DNA of 64,000 nt from a virus. Lineage: Duplodnaviria > Caudoviricetes. Below, one piece after another: positions 19,164 through 28,280 of this stretch (position 1 is its first letter; each line of letters opens with the position of its first letter). Location of the stretch: the IMG/VR virus record IMGVR_UViG_3300042307_000844. The stretch is one strand, 5' to 3'. A program made the translations under genes and the position numbers. The notes beneath the pieces were generated by a model. The model searched no databases and was not told the DNA's origin. It worked only from the letters and a program-made list of their open reading frames with translations.

Positions 19164-20687
19164 TTAATTCAATGAATGAAAATATGTAACCCATTCATTG
19201 AATTGGTTCCCCTTCAAAATACCGGAAGCAATTGTTTTCATTTCCTCTTCATTCGGTTCCCTACCAGCATTCAATTCTTCTAGAACATATTCTTGCAAGG
19301 CTGCTGTGATATCCTTGAATTTGGATTTATCCTTGACAAGAATTGGAAACCATTGCATTAATTTATCACCACTGAAATATTGTTTCAGAAGTTTTCTGGT
19401 GTCATCTTCCGATCCTCCAATGTTGGAAACCTTCTCTTCCGCCCTTTTGATCTTCTCCCAAAATTCCTGTTTATTGAAAAGACCAGAACCACGGGATGCT
19501 TCATCACAGTAACCAACTGCTTTGATGGTTTCCCATGATGGATTCTGAATCAGCTTGGTGAGAGTCTTGATATTCAATTTATCTAAATTGTGAACAAGCA
19601 TATGTTTATCAACTGCTGCCAATATGTTCTTTTTATCTTGGGGGGATAATTCCGCAAAACGCAATCTTTTGAAAATTTCCTCAACAATGGGAACTCCCGC
19701 CGATTCGTGTCCATGATAATTACTGAAACCATTATCTTTCTTTCCTCTGGTAGTGGCTTTCCCGAAGTCATGGAAGAGAACTGCCAGATTGATCACAGGG
19801 TCTTTGTATGGTGATGCCTTTAGACATTCATAGATGTGTCCCAGAACTTGGGAATCCCCTTCGGGGTGGTGTTGTGGGTCGTGATCATATCCTTCCATCG
19901 TGGTAAATTCGGGAAGGATATCATGGAGGATTTTGGTGTCCTGTAATTTCTTTAGGAAATTCGCAAGCGTTTGTCCCGTTTTGGCGGATTTGAAAAATTC
20001 CTTGGAAATGCTTTCTTGGGAAATTGCCTTGGGGTCTTGGAGGAGATGCTTCAATTCAATTGCGGCAGCTTTGGTATTATCCTCAATTTCAAAATCCATC
20101 TTGGCGGCAAAACGAAAGACACGGAGGATTCTCGTAGCGTCTTCCAGAAATCTTTGTTTTGCGTCTCCCACGGCACGGACGATCTTGTTCTTCAAATCTT
20201 CCAGACCACCTTGGTAATCCACGATCTTACCCTCTTCATCCAACCCGAAAGAATTGATTGTTAAATCTCGCCGCTCCGTATCCTTTTCAAATGAATCTGT
20301 TTCTGTTGATATGTTGGATTGTCTTCCAATATCGCCGGAGTCGGTTCTGAATTTTGCCAGATCATAAACATAACCTTTCCAGAGAATGGCATACACGGGT
20401 TGGGAATCGTTCTTGGAAATATTTCTCAATTCAAAATGTTTTTCCAATTCTTCCACGGGAATATTGGTAGCCAAATCCACATCATCAATTGCGTTACCCA
20501 TGAGTAGATCACGGGGAACTCCCCCAACGATATAGATTTCTCCTTGTAATTTTGCCTTGATATTCTTCATCAAATCCAAAGCAACTTGGAGTTCTTCCGA
20601 TTCTTTGACAGCGGTATTCCACTTCTCATCAAAATCCTCCACGTATTCACGCATGAGTCGGTGATATAATTTATGAAATCTTTCCAT
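19164..20687 (-). CDS. cca: CCA-adding tRNA nucleotidyltransferase with HD domain
   Basis: IVGGVPRDLL...DDVDLAT, RRDLTINS, RFLEDATRILR, HHPEG...FHDFGK; TATAAATA at 20699-20706 supports the start at 20687. Confidence 0.9.
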   Translation of the reverse strand: MERFHKLYHRLMREYVEDFDEKWNTAVKESEELQVALDLMKNIKAKLQGEIYIVGGVPRDLLMGNAIDDVDLATNIPVEELEKHFELRNISKNDSQPVYAILWKGYVYDLAKFRTDSGDIGRQSNISTETDSFEKDTERRDLTINSFGLDEEGKIVDYQGGLEDLKNKIVRAVGDAKQRFLEDATRILRVFRFAAKMDFEIEDNTKAAAIELKHLLQDPKAISQESISKEFFKSAKTGQTLANFLKKLQDTKILHDILPEFTTMEGYDHDPQHHPEGDSQVLGHIYECLKASPYKDPVINLAVLFHDFGKATTRGKKDNGFSNYHGHESAGVPIVEEIFKRLRFAELSPQDKKNILAAVDKHMLVHNLDKLNIKTLTKLIQNPSWETIKAVGYCDEASRGSGLFNKQEFWEKIKRAEEKVSNIGGSEDDTRKLLKQYFSGDKLMQWFPILVKDKSKFKDITAALQEYVLEELNAGREPNEEEMKTIASGILKGNQFNEWVTYFHSLN

Positions 20688-20691
20688 ATTT

Positions 20692-22716
20692 TTATAGATA
20701 TTTATAATAGAGTTTATACAATTGTGGATAATTGTATTTTTTGGATAAATCTTCAAATTCTTCAGGGTTGGTTGCTACGGTTTTCAACATGTGTAAGGCA
20801 TACAATCTAAAAGCATTTATAATGTGGGGATACATATCATCAACAAATTGAACGAATTGATAATTTTTATTATCCATTTTGGGAAAGAGCATTTTGAGAT
20901 TTGTGAATTCCAAATCCCCATAATTGAAATGTGTATTACCCGACAACATATAATCAACCCCATCCAGAGGATTGGAATACGACTCGAAAAATTTGTCAAA
21001 TTGTAACTGCGCCGGATCATTATCCAACTTCGGTTTGAAATTTTCCATAGCCAGTTTTGTTATGATGTTTTCCAACACTCCTTTTGATTGACCATGTTTA
21101 CTATCCATAACACCCTGAAGAGCATGGCGGAAATCCTCAAGAATAATAAGTCTGCTTGGAAATCTTACAGTAAAGGATTTCCTGACATCGTTGCCTGAAA
21201 TTGTCAGGGTGTCGAACGGTTCTTCTTCCATTTCAATATAATCTTCAATCATGGAGAAATTGCTATCTCCGCTTGCAGCGGTTTTTATAAACCCACCATC
21301 AATAAGCACTGTATAAAGCTCATCCTCATCATCCAACATATCCTCAATCTTATCGTCAAAATTCTTCATATAGTGACAATATGTATCAAATTTATCGGAA
21401 TCATTATGATATTCCTCTTCTGAAAAGTGGATTTCCAAGCTGGTGTTGGTTAGGATCATTCGATATATGTTGATGTCGGTAGCGTCATATATGTATTGGA
21501 ACAATTGGGAATACTCATAATCATCATCATATTTCCCATCCCTAGCTTTACTCACATCATAATCTTCAGCTTCCAACTCGACATCATCCGGTAAATTGAA
21601 CTTGGTTAAATCGATGGTTGATGTTCCGCTTGCTTGGAAATATACTTCTTCATCGTCCATCAAGTAATAATCAACACTACTATATGTCAACCTGCCGTTA
21701 TATTCCTCTTTTATTTCTTCCAGTTCATCTTCCAGACCCAATTGGGAATGTCTGCTTTCCCCCCTTTCATCATCCCGATCATGGTTTATTCGTTTGAAAT
21801 CGGATGAGTCTTGGGTGGATTCCTCATCCGTGAAATAATTGGCAACCAGATCAAGGATTTCATCATCATAATAAGTTCCCCCCTTTTTCGTATAGGAATT
21901 ACCACGGAAATCTTCGGGAGTGGTTGTTTGTTTATTTTTCAGATAATTTACCAAGGATTTGTAGAAATTGGGGATTGCGGTATCTCCATATATCTTGGTA
22001 TCGGGAATGGCAATCTCATCTCCGTAATCATCCACCAATCGACGAACACGCAAACGGGACATGGGGCGCAATCCATATGCACCGGATATGCCCCTGTCGG
22101 AATCAACGAATATTTCCCTCTTCTGAAAGTCCTCTTCCGTAAGCTCATTGAAATCCTCTTCTCGCACCACATAAGCCACAGCACCTCCTGAAATGGCTTC
22201 TTGGATGGCACACTGGAAATATCCCCCACCTTGGGAATGACAGGATGATATGTTGCGGTGATCGGACATGCGAACCACATCAATGGGAGCGCGGGAAAGG
22301 ATGACTATGAATTCCGGTTTCTCAAACGCGGATTCCAGATTGTCCTTATACATTGCAAACCAATCCAGATATTTTTTCTTTTTATTCTCCGATACTTTCA
22401 GGGCAGCAATGGCTTTACCAATGTTGATTTTCTGTTCCTTGTGTTCCCCCTGCCCATATTTTGGATCAAGCTTTATTTTTCTGATGACTTCCCCTTTTTT
22501 CAAATCCACCTTGTCAAAATGCTGAATTCTTTTCAGGTCATCCATGATACTCTGAGCCGTGATGTCCGTCCCGATTGGAAATGCCACACGCATTTTGTCT
22601 CCAAAAATATGATCAAAAGGTAAGACATCCGAATGTTGGTTGAGATAATCCACGACCTTTTGGTTCATCTCTGTGATGAGGACGGATTCGTAGAGTTCTT
22701 GGAGTTGGAAAATCAT
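20692..22716 (-). CDS. Large acidic late hypothetical protein (674 aa)
   Basis: TAAATA precedes MIFQLQELYESVLITE; central RMSDHRNISSCHS...GAVAYV...SRLRVR...IYG; Asp/Glu-rich C-terminal half. Confidence 0.7.
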   Translation of the reverse strand: MIFQLQELYESVLITEMNQKVVDYLNQHSDVLPFDHIFGDKMRVAFPIGTDITAQSIMDDLKRIQHFDKVDLKKGEVIRKIKLDPKYGQGEHKEQKINIGKAIAALKVSENKKKKYLDWFAMYKDNLESAFEKPEFIVILSRAPIDVVRMSDHRNISSCHSQGGGYFQCAIQEAISGGAVAYVVREEDFNELTEEDFQKREIFVDSDRGISGAYGLRPMSRLRVRRLVDDYGDEIAIPDTKIYGDTAIPNFYKSLVNYLKNKQTTTPEDFRGNSYTKKGGTYYDDEILDLVANYFTDEESTQDSSDFKRINHDRDDERGESRHSQLGLEDELEEIKEEYNGRLTYSSVDYYLMDDEEVYFQASGTSTIDLTKFNLPDDVELEAEDYDVSKARDGKYDDDYEYSQLFQYIYDATDINIYRMILTNTSLEIHFSEEEYHNDSDKFDTYCHYMKNFDDKIEDMLDDEDELYTVLIDGGFIKTAASGDSNFSMIEDYIEMEEEPFDTLTISGNDVRKSFTVRFPSRLIILEDFRHALQGVMDSKHGQSKGVLENIITKLAMENFKPKLDNDPAQLQFDKFFESYSNPLDGVDYMLSGNTHFNYGDLEFTNLKMLFPKMDNKNYQFVQFVDDMYPHIINAFRLYALHMLKTVATNPEEFEDLSKKYNYPQLYKLYYKYL

Positions 22717-22744
22717 GTTATTATTTAAGGGATAATGTGGAAAA

Positions 22745-22825
22745 TGGTAGATGCTGAGGGAATCGAACCCAATCTCTGAGAGGATCAAAACCTCTAGTGC
22801 TAAAAAACCGTTACACTACGCATCA
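22745..22825 (-). tRNA. tRNA-Gln(TTG), partly degenerate
   Basis: Anticodon arm AGAGG-TTTTGAT-CCTCT, TTCGATT loop, CCA end; mismatches in the acceptor and T stems. Confidence 0.7.
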
Positions 22826-22835
22826 ATTATAAAAA

Positions 22836-22933
22836 TGGTCTAGGTGACAGGATTCGAACCTGCGAGAGACAGACACTTACTGCCCCCAAGTAGTTCCAAG
22901 CTACCCCGATTACCAAGCTATCGCAACACCTAG
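22836..22933 (-). tRNA. tRNA-Pro(TGG) with 25-nt variable arm
   Basis: CTAGGTG/CACCTAG-A-CCA; GGTAG-CTTGGAA-CTACT; GCAGG-TTCGAAT-CCTGT. Confidence 0.85.
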
Positions 22934-22936
22934 ATA

Positions 22937-23023
22937 TGGTGTGTCACATAGGATTCGAACCTACTCAGCCCAAAGGCAAATGATTTACAGTCATTCTCAA
23001 CTCTCCAACTTTGACGGTGACAC
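22937..23023 (-). tRNA. tRNA-Tyr(GTA)
   Basis: AATGA-CTGTAAA-TCATT, long variable arm, CCA. Confidence 0.92.
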
Positions 23024-23036
23024 ATATTAAAAAAAG

Positions 23037-23109
23037 AGCCGTAGGAGGAATTCGAATCCCCGACCACCGAATTACAAATTCGACGCTCTACCAACTGAGC
23101 TACTACGGC
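23037..23109 (-). tRNA. tRNA-Thr(TGT), no encoded CCA
   Basis: GCCGTAG/CTACGGC; TCGAA-TTTGTAA-TTCGG. Confidence 0.92.
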
Positions 23110-23114
23110 ATTGA

Positions 23115-23186
23115 CACTTCTGAGGGGAATCGAACCCCTATTTGGTGGATGAAAACCACCCGTCCTAACCATTAGACGACAGAAGC
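23115..23186 (-). tRNA. tRNA-Glu(TTC), ends TCA rather than CCA
   Basis: GGTGG-TTTTCAT-CCACC; TTCGATT loop. Confidence 0.92.
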
Positions 23187-23191
23187 AAAAT

Positions 23192-23270
23192 TGGCTCGCT
23201 TATTTGTTGACGGAGGCATTAGTCTTTCGACAGCGAACGATGATCACTATTACGATCCTCTCCGAAGCAG
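23192..23270 (-). ncRNA. Candidate structured RNA ending in CCA inside the tRNA cluster
   Basis: CTGCTT/AAGCGAG-CCA ends, CGGAG/CTCCG stem, GATC-GTAATAGT-GATC and GTC-GAAA-GAC hairpins; no TTCRA loop. Confidence 0.4.
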
Positions 23271-23312
23271 TTTTTTGATTTGGGGACATACTCAGCCCAA
23301 GATTTTATAAAA

Positions 23313-23387
23313 TGGCTCTCAGGGTAGGATTCGAACCTACAACCTAGAAATTAACAGTTTCCCGCTCTACCATTGAGCTACCTGAGA
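23313..23387 (-). tRNA. tRNA-Asn(GTT)
   Basis: GGAAA-CTGTTAA-TTTCT; GCCA end. Confidence 0.93.
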
Positions 23388-23389
23388 TT

Positions 23390-23466
23390 TGGTGAGAGTC
23401 GCGGGATTTGAACCCACAAGACCACGGATTAAAAGTCCGTTGCTTTACCAAATAAGCTTCACTCTC
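23390..23466 (-). tRNA. tRNA-Lys(TTT)
   Basis: ACGGA-CTTTTAA-TCCGT; ACCA end. Confidence 0.93.
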
Positions 23467-23553
23467 ATAATATTAAAAACATTCAGTGTGCTTGTTTCAT
23501 CACAATCTCCCTTTCGGACTTTAATGTGTTCGGCCACATAACCCCTAGATAAC

Positions 23554-23582
23554 AAAAAACCCCATCTTGTTAAGGATGGGGT
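23554..23582 (-). terminator. Intrinsic terminator upstream of the tRNA cluster
   Basis: ACCCCATC-CTTAACAA-GATGGGGT followed by a T6 tract on the minus strand. Confidence 0.8.
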
Positions 23583-23610
23583 GAAAACGAAACAGGATAT
23601 TACCATATAA

Positions 23611-23673
23611 TCATTTGCACCGCCACCCAGATGGTGTCGGTTTCTCCTGATTATAATTTTGGTTGTTGCTCAT
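23611..23673 (-). CDS. 20-aa putative leader ORF (MSNNQNYNQEKPTPSGWRCK)
   Basis: TAAATA upstream; a hairpin overlaps the Trp-Arg codons; the terminator follows. Confidence 0.35.
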   Translation of the reverse strand: MSNNQNYNQEKPTPSGWRCK

Positions 23674-25744
23674 GTCGTTATTCTTATTTAGCAGATGCGT
23701 TTAGATTTTCAAGTTCTTTTATAATAAAATTTCATTCATTTGATCAATTATCTCATTAATATTGATTGGAGATGCGTTTGTTTTATAGAATTGTGCTGCT
23801 GGTGAATACCAATTAACCCAATGGGTAATATTCTCAATAGATACACCATTCAAATATTTGGAGTAAATGAGTAAATCAATATCAGCAAAATCCATCTCTT
23901 TTAATTCTTTGTCCATATTATTCCCCAAGTTCTTTCTTCAATTGTTCCAGAAGCAGAATTTTCTGTTCCTTGGTCTTTGCCAATTTGTTCATTTCCTTCT
24001 CCTTTTTCTTACGTTCGTATTCTTCCTTGCGCTTACGTTCCGCTTCCAGACATTTGATACGTTCATCCTGTCTCTTTTTCACAATAAAATCAATTGCTGA
24101 TTGGGCGGTGATCTGTTCTTGTTTCACCACAAGGAACGCAAAAGATTTATTTTTATTTTTTGGCAAGTTGAAATTGCTCACAAATTCTTCCAATTCATAT
24201 AAATCATCATCCTCCACCTCTTCCCATGGGGAATGATCTTCCACTAAAACCCTTGTGATGTCGGAGTAATCGTCCCCATAATTGAAATAAACCGTGTTGG
24301 TTTCCGTATTTGCGATAATCAATTTTACTTGTTTCATGTCTTTATTGTATTCTAGTTTTTAAGGCACTCCAGCCCGTAATCGTTTTGATCTTCCGTTGTG
24401 ATAGGAATTACTGGCGGCAAACAACGTTCCTTTATCATTATAGATGGGAACCTTACCAAAGCTGATCATATACCAGAGAAAGTGGATGTCAATCCTCCTG
24501 TCCATGCAGATGTGAATACCAAAGGAAATATCGGGATATCCGAAATCGGTGATCCAGAATTTTTTAATCTTGTGGAATTTCATTCTTATCCTTACAAGTT
24601 CTTTTCCACTTAAACCATTTCAACCATTTGCAGGTTGAGGTTTCGTTTTTGATTTTCTTTCGTAGCTTTTTATATTTCATATCATGCGGGATGCTTCCCA
24701 ATCCGCCAAAGGACGGGCATTGTAATTACAATCAATATTGTGAACCTCTCGCCAATTTGCCAGACAGGATAGCTCATTAGCGAGATCATCAGCCAATTTC
24801 CTTTCGGCATTGAGATCATCGAGACGATCATTCAACTGATCGATGATAGATTGTAGGGCATCACGGGAACCGATGAACAGTTCATCACATTCCGCGATTT
24901 CCAGCTTGCCGTTTTTCCTTCGATGTAGGACTACTTGACTTGGTTCTTCTTTGTTCATATTTTTACAAATGTCCCATCTTCAACCGCTTTACGAATATAT
25001 CTCATAAAGTATATTGCCTTGTCATGATTTTGGAAGGTTGCATCTCCACAATCCTCAATAGGAACAGGGAATCTATAAAGACCGCATTCATCTTCTGGTA
25101 ATCCATTACCAATAACAACTACGTTATAATATAGAATACCTTTACGATACTCTACAAATCTCACATAATTTTTATCTACAATTTGTTTTATTGTTAATTT
25201 CATTTTATACTTGATCCGAATTTTTTATCAATCTTTGCTTTTTCGGTGACATCTTCCACTGATCTTGTGCCTTGACTAACACCAATCACTTCCCATCCAT
25301 CTTCCCAAGTCTTATCATCCTTTTTGATTTTGATGAACTTATTCATCACGGCGAATTTTGAAGGAATCCATGCCATATGATGTTGGTTTATTCGCTTGAG
25401 TGAACATTGTGTGTATGTATCTTTTTTCATAATTTTAATCAGTAATATAATATAAACCCCATCTTTCACAAACAAAATTGAGACTATCCTTGATAAATTC
25501 CCGCATTGTTTTATCATTGTTTGGTGTAATAACTTCAAACCAAACCCCTCTAAGTTCCGATATGAATGAAAAATCTTTTATAAATTCCTGTTTCAAAGAA
25601 TCATCGGGAAGCAGTAACAGCCCCCTTGAGTAATTTTCTATGTTTATTGTGGTATGAAAATCATATTTTCCTTCTTCAAGATCAACAATGGTTGCGTTAT
25701 TTTTAGTTCTTATATAGTGTGTCATATTTTTATTTTTTTGAAAG

Positions 25745-25821
25745 TGGAGCGACATGAGGGACTTGCACCCCCCAACCTGATGTTTGGAAAACACCCGCTC
25801 TACTAATTGAGCTAATGTCGC
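25745..25821 (-). tRNA. tRNA-Gly(TCC)
   Basis: GCGACAT/ATGTCGC-T-CCA; GGTGT-TTTCCAA-ACATC; atypical T-loop TGCAAGT. Confidence 0.88.
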
Positions 25822-25822
25822 G

Positions 25823-25910
25823 TTGCGGGAGTGGAATTTGAATCCACAACAGGACTTTAACCTTTCTCTTGGTTATGAGCCAAGGATTTTACCAATTAAA
25901 CTACCCCGCG
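25823..25910 (-). tRNA. Initiator-type tRNA-fMet(CAT) with 20-nt variable region, no full CCA
   Basis: CGCGGGG/TCCCGCA with C1:A72 mismatch; CTTGG-CTCATAA-CCAAG; GTGGA-TTCAAAT-TCCAC. Confidence 0.85.
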
Positions 25911-26756
25911 ATTGAAATTGTATTTAACCATGACAACCGTAATTGTCAATCATCTTCTGTTTGAATTCATCATCAAATCCACTGTAACCAACCAGAACGG
26001 GCAATCCCCCATTATCCCTGAAGTTACGCATGAGATTGACCAACATTTTCACATACACCCTACATTGGGAACGCTCTTTCCAAACATTCCCAATGAGGGA
26101 AGCAAGGGGATAATACCAACCCCACCCATTCATGTGCCATTCGGCAATCTCCTCATGGATCATCTTGATTTGTAGATCGTATTGTTGTTTGCCATTGATC
26201 ATGGGTTCCACGATCTTTTTCTCTTCTTCCGTGATACCCTTGTAACCTTGGGATTCAATTCTGGTAAAAATATCGATCTGTTCCCTTGTCGGTTCCGTAA
26301 AATCGGGGTAATAATTCCTATCCACGAAATGAGCAATCGTCTTGGCGATTTCGTAATGTTTCTTTTTTAATTTCATAATTATAGACAATTTGCTGCCATC
26401 CTTGCCATGTTCCATCCTTCCGTTGTCGGCTCAAACCGCGCACACACGATATGACCGTCTCCCAGAATGTGGGGATCAAGCTTTCCAAAGTATTTCACAT
26501 CAATGTGGCAACGCAATAATAATAATTTATCTCCCTTGAATGTGGTGCATCCCTCGTAATTCACCAGAAGGATCATTCCCCTTTCCAACTTTTCCTCTTT
26601 CAAAATTTTGAATTTGAAAGGGTTTGGATTGGGGGCATAAATCTTTTCCTTTGGAATCTTTAGAAAATTATTGATCGTTGAACTCGATGCCGTTTGGGGC
26701 ATTGAGTTCCTGTCACTGCTTTTTGATAATCCGATTGCCAATCCCATGATGGATTC

Positions 26757-26784
26757 ATTGTAGCTTAGTTTTTAAGAATGTCAA
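26757..26784 (-). promoter_or_regulatory. Hybrid promoter: TTGACA-N16-TACAAT with the AAAAACTA box inside the spacer
   Basis: Minus strand TTGACA-ttctt-AAAAACTA-agc-TACAAT-N9-ATG(26747). Confidence 0.8.
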
Positions 26785-26811
26785 GGGGGGATTATTTAGC
26801 TAAATAAGAGT

Positions 26812-27668
26812 ATGAACAAGGATGATTTATCCCTACAACAAATCTACCAAGAAATGGCTCTTTCCAATCTACAAAAGATTGGCAAATGGGATGATAAGAA
26901 AAATCGCCATGGTTATGACAAAGCATCCATTGGGATTTTGTCGTCTCCTGCTGGTTTGAAAAAGCTGGAACAAAAATTTAATAATATTGGTAATTGGGAT
27001 TTTAATTTATATTTCGTCAAGAATCCCAATGCTTGGAAATATGCCGAACAGGGAAAAGTAACCGCTGGTCAACTTCAAGCTAGATTGGGATTGGAAGTTG
27101 GAAAAGATTTCCCCAACCGAAAGGCGATCAGATCACGGTCTTCTTCACAAACAATGCCGCTGCTGAGAAAGTTCCCCTGACCCCATGGACAATCGCTCAC
27201 AGAATTGGTCATGCTTTTGCAAAAACCTTTCGCAATGGTATTGGTTCGAGTAGGGTGGAATGGAATAATGATCAAATTTCAAGAATCCTAAGTAAAATAT
27301 TGGGATGTTATGGAATCCAAAAAGGGTGGTCTGGATTGAGATATTCCGAAGAATATTATATTCGGGACTTGTATCAAAAGATTGGAAAATTCCGCAGTGC
27401 GAGAATGAGTAAGTTAATAAGACCCAATGAATTCTACCACGAAGCATTTGCCTATTGGTTACTACATGATGGGGAACTTGATTTTAACGATCCTCCCCAA
27501 TATCTGACATCATCCAATAAAAAAGCATGGGGTAATCCAACGGGAAGAAATTACATGTTAAAGGATGAGGACGGTGCCACAGAACTTGTTCACCAATTGA
27601 GATATGCTCTGGAGGAAATGTTTCATACCATGGTAGGGGAACATATGGGAGAAATATCCATCATGTGA
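26812..27668 (+). pseudogene. Late gene split by a -1 frameshift near 27110-27115 (HxxxH motif AHRIGH)
   Basis: ORF 26812-27180 and a second frame open from 27084 to 27668 join at TTTCCCC into a coherent ~285-aa protein. Confidence 0.6.
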
Positions 27669-27724
27669 CGATAACCTTCCCTTGCACGATAAACACCGGA
27701 ACTTTATCGTGCGGAATCAGGGTA

Positions 27725-27752
27725 TTGACAAAACCAAATATTCTGTTAAGAT
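27725..27752 (+). promoter_or_regulatory. Sigma70-type promoter TTGACA-N16-TAAGAT with extended -10 TG; leaderless ATG 6 nt later
   Basis: Seen directly. Confidence 0.75.
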
Positions 27753-27758
27753 AAAGCC

Positions 27759-28280
27759 ATGATAAACAAAATCTTCATCGATCTGGACGAGTGTATGCTA
27801 CATTCGATGCTTCGTAAACCCAACCAAGAACATATCCAATTCACTCTGGAGAATGATGACAACACCTATTACACCGTCATCCGTCCCTGCGCCCAAGGAT
27901 TGATTGATTTTGCACGGGAACTTGTGGGAAAGGATAACGTGTATATCCTAACCACATCCACCACCGATTACGCCAATATGATCAATGAAAAGGCGGGATG
28001 GGGATTTGAGAGGGATCATATCATTGCCAGAGAGGAGATTAAAAGACACCTGATACCCACGGCTTATGGCGGAAGCGCATACATCGAGAAAGAAGGGATT
28101 GCTCACAAGGACAACGTTCTCATCGACAATCTCCCTTATCGGGAAAACATGGGTAAAGTCACCCTGATTGGAATTAAGGAAGATCGCTATCTGAAGGTGA
28201 AAGATTACTGGGGAGTAAACGGGATTGAAAATTGGTTTGAGGAGGATGTGAGGGAATTCCTGAAGGAAAAAATGGTATGA
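27759..28280 (+). CDS. HAD-superfamily FCP1/NIF-like phosphatase
   Basis: IFIDLDECMLHS, VIRPCAQGLIDF, VYILTTSTTDYA, VLIDN. Confidence 0.75.
   Translation: MINKIFIDLDECMLHSMLRKPNQEHIQFTLENDDNTYYTVIRPCAQGLIDFARELVGKDNVYILTTSTTDYANMINEKAGWGFERDHIIAREEIKRHLIPTAYGGSAYIEKEGIAHKDNVLIDNLPYRENMGKVTLIGIKEDRYLKVKDYWGVNGIENWFEEDVREFLKEKMV

Larger units (their letters stand above)
23719..26747 (-). other. Block of small early/middle hypothetical genes (e.g. 23918-24337, 24677-24958, 24955-25203, 25924-26415, 26379-26747)
   Basis: Tightly packed minus-strand ORFs; AAAAACTA boxes at about 24353 and at 26766-26773. Confidence 0.7.

Noticed and set aside
22930-23172. 80-aa ORF in the ORF track, and similarly 34797-34982
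   Set aside because: They are translations of tRNA genes.
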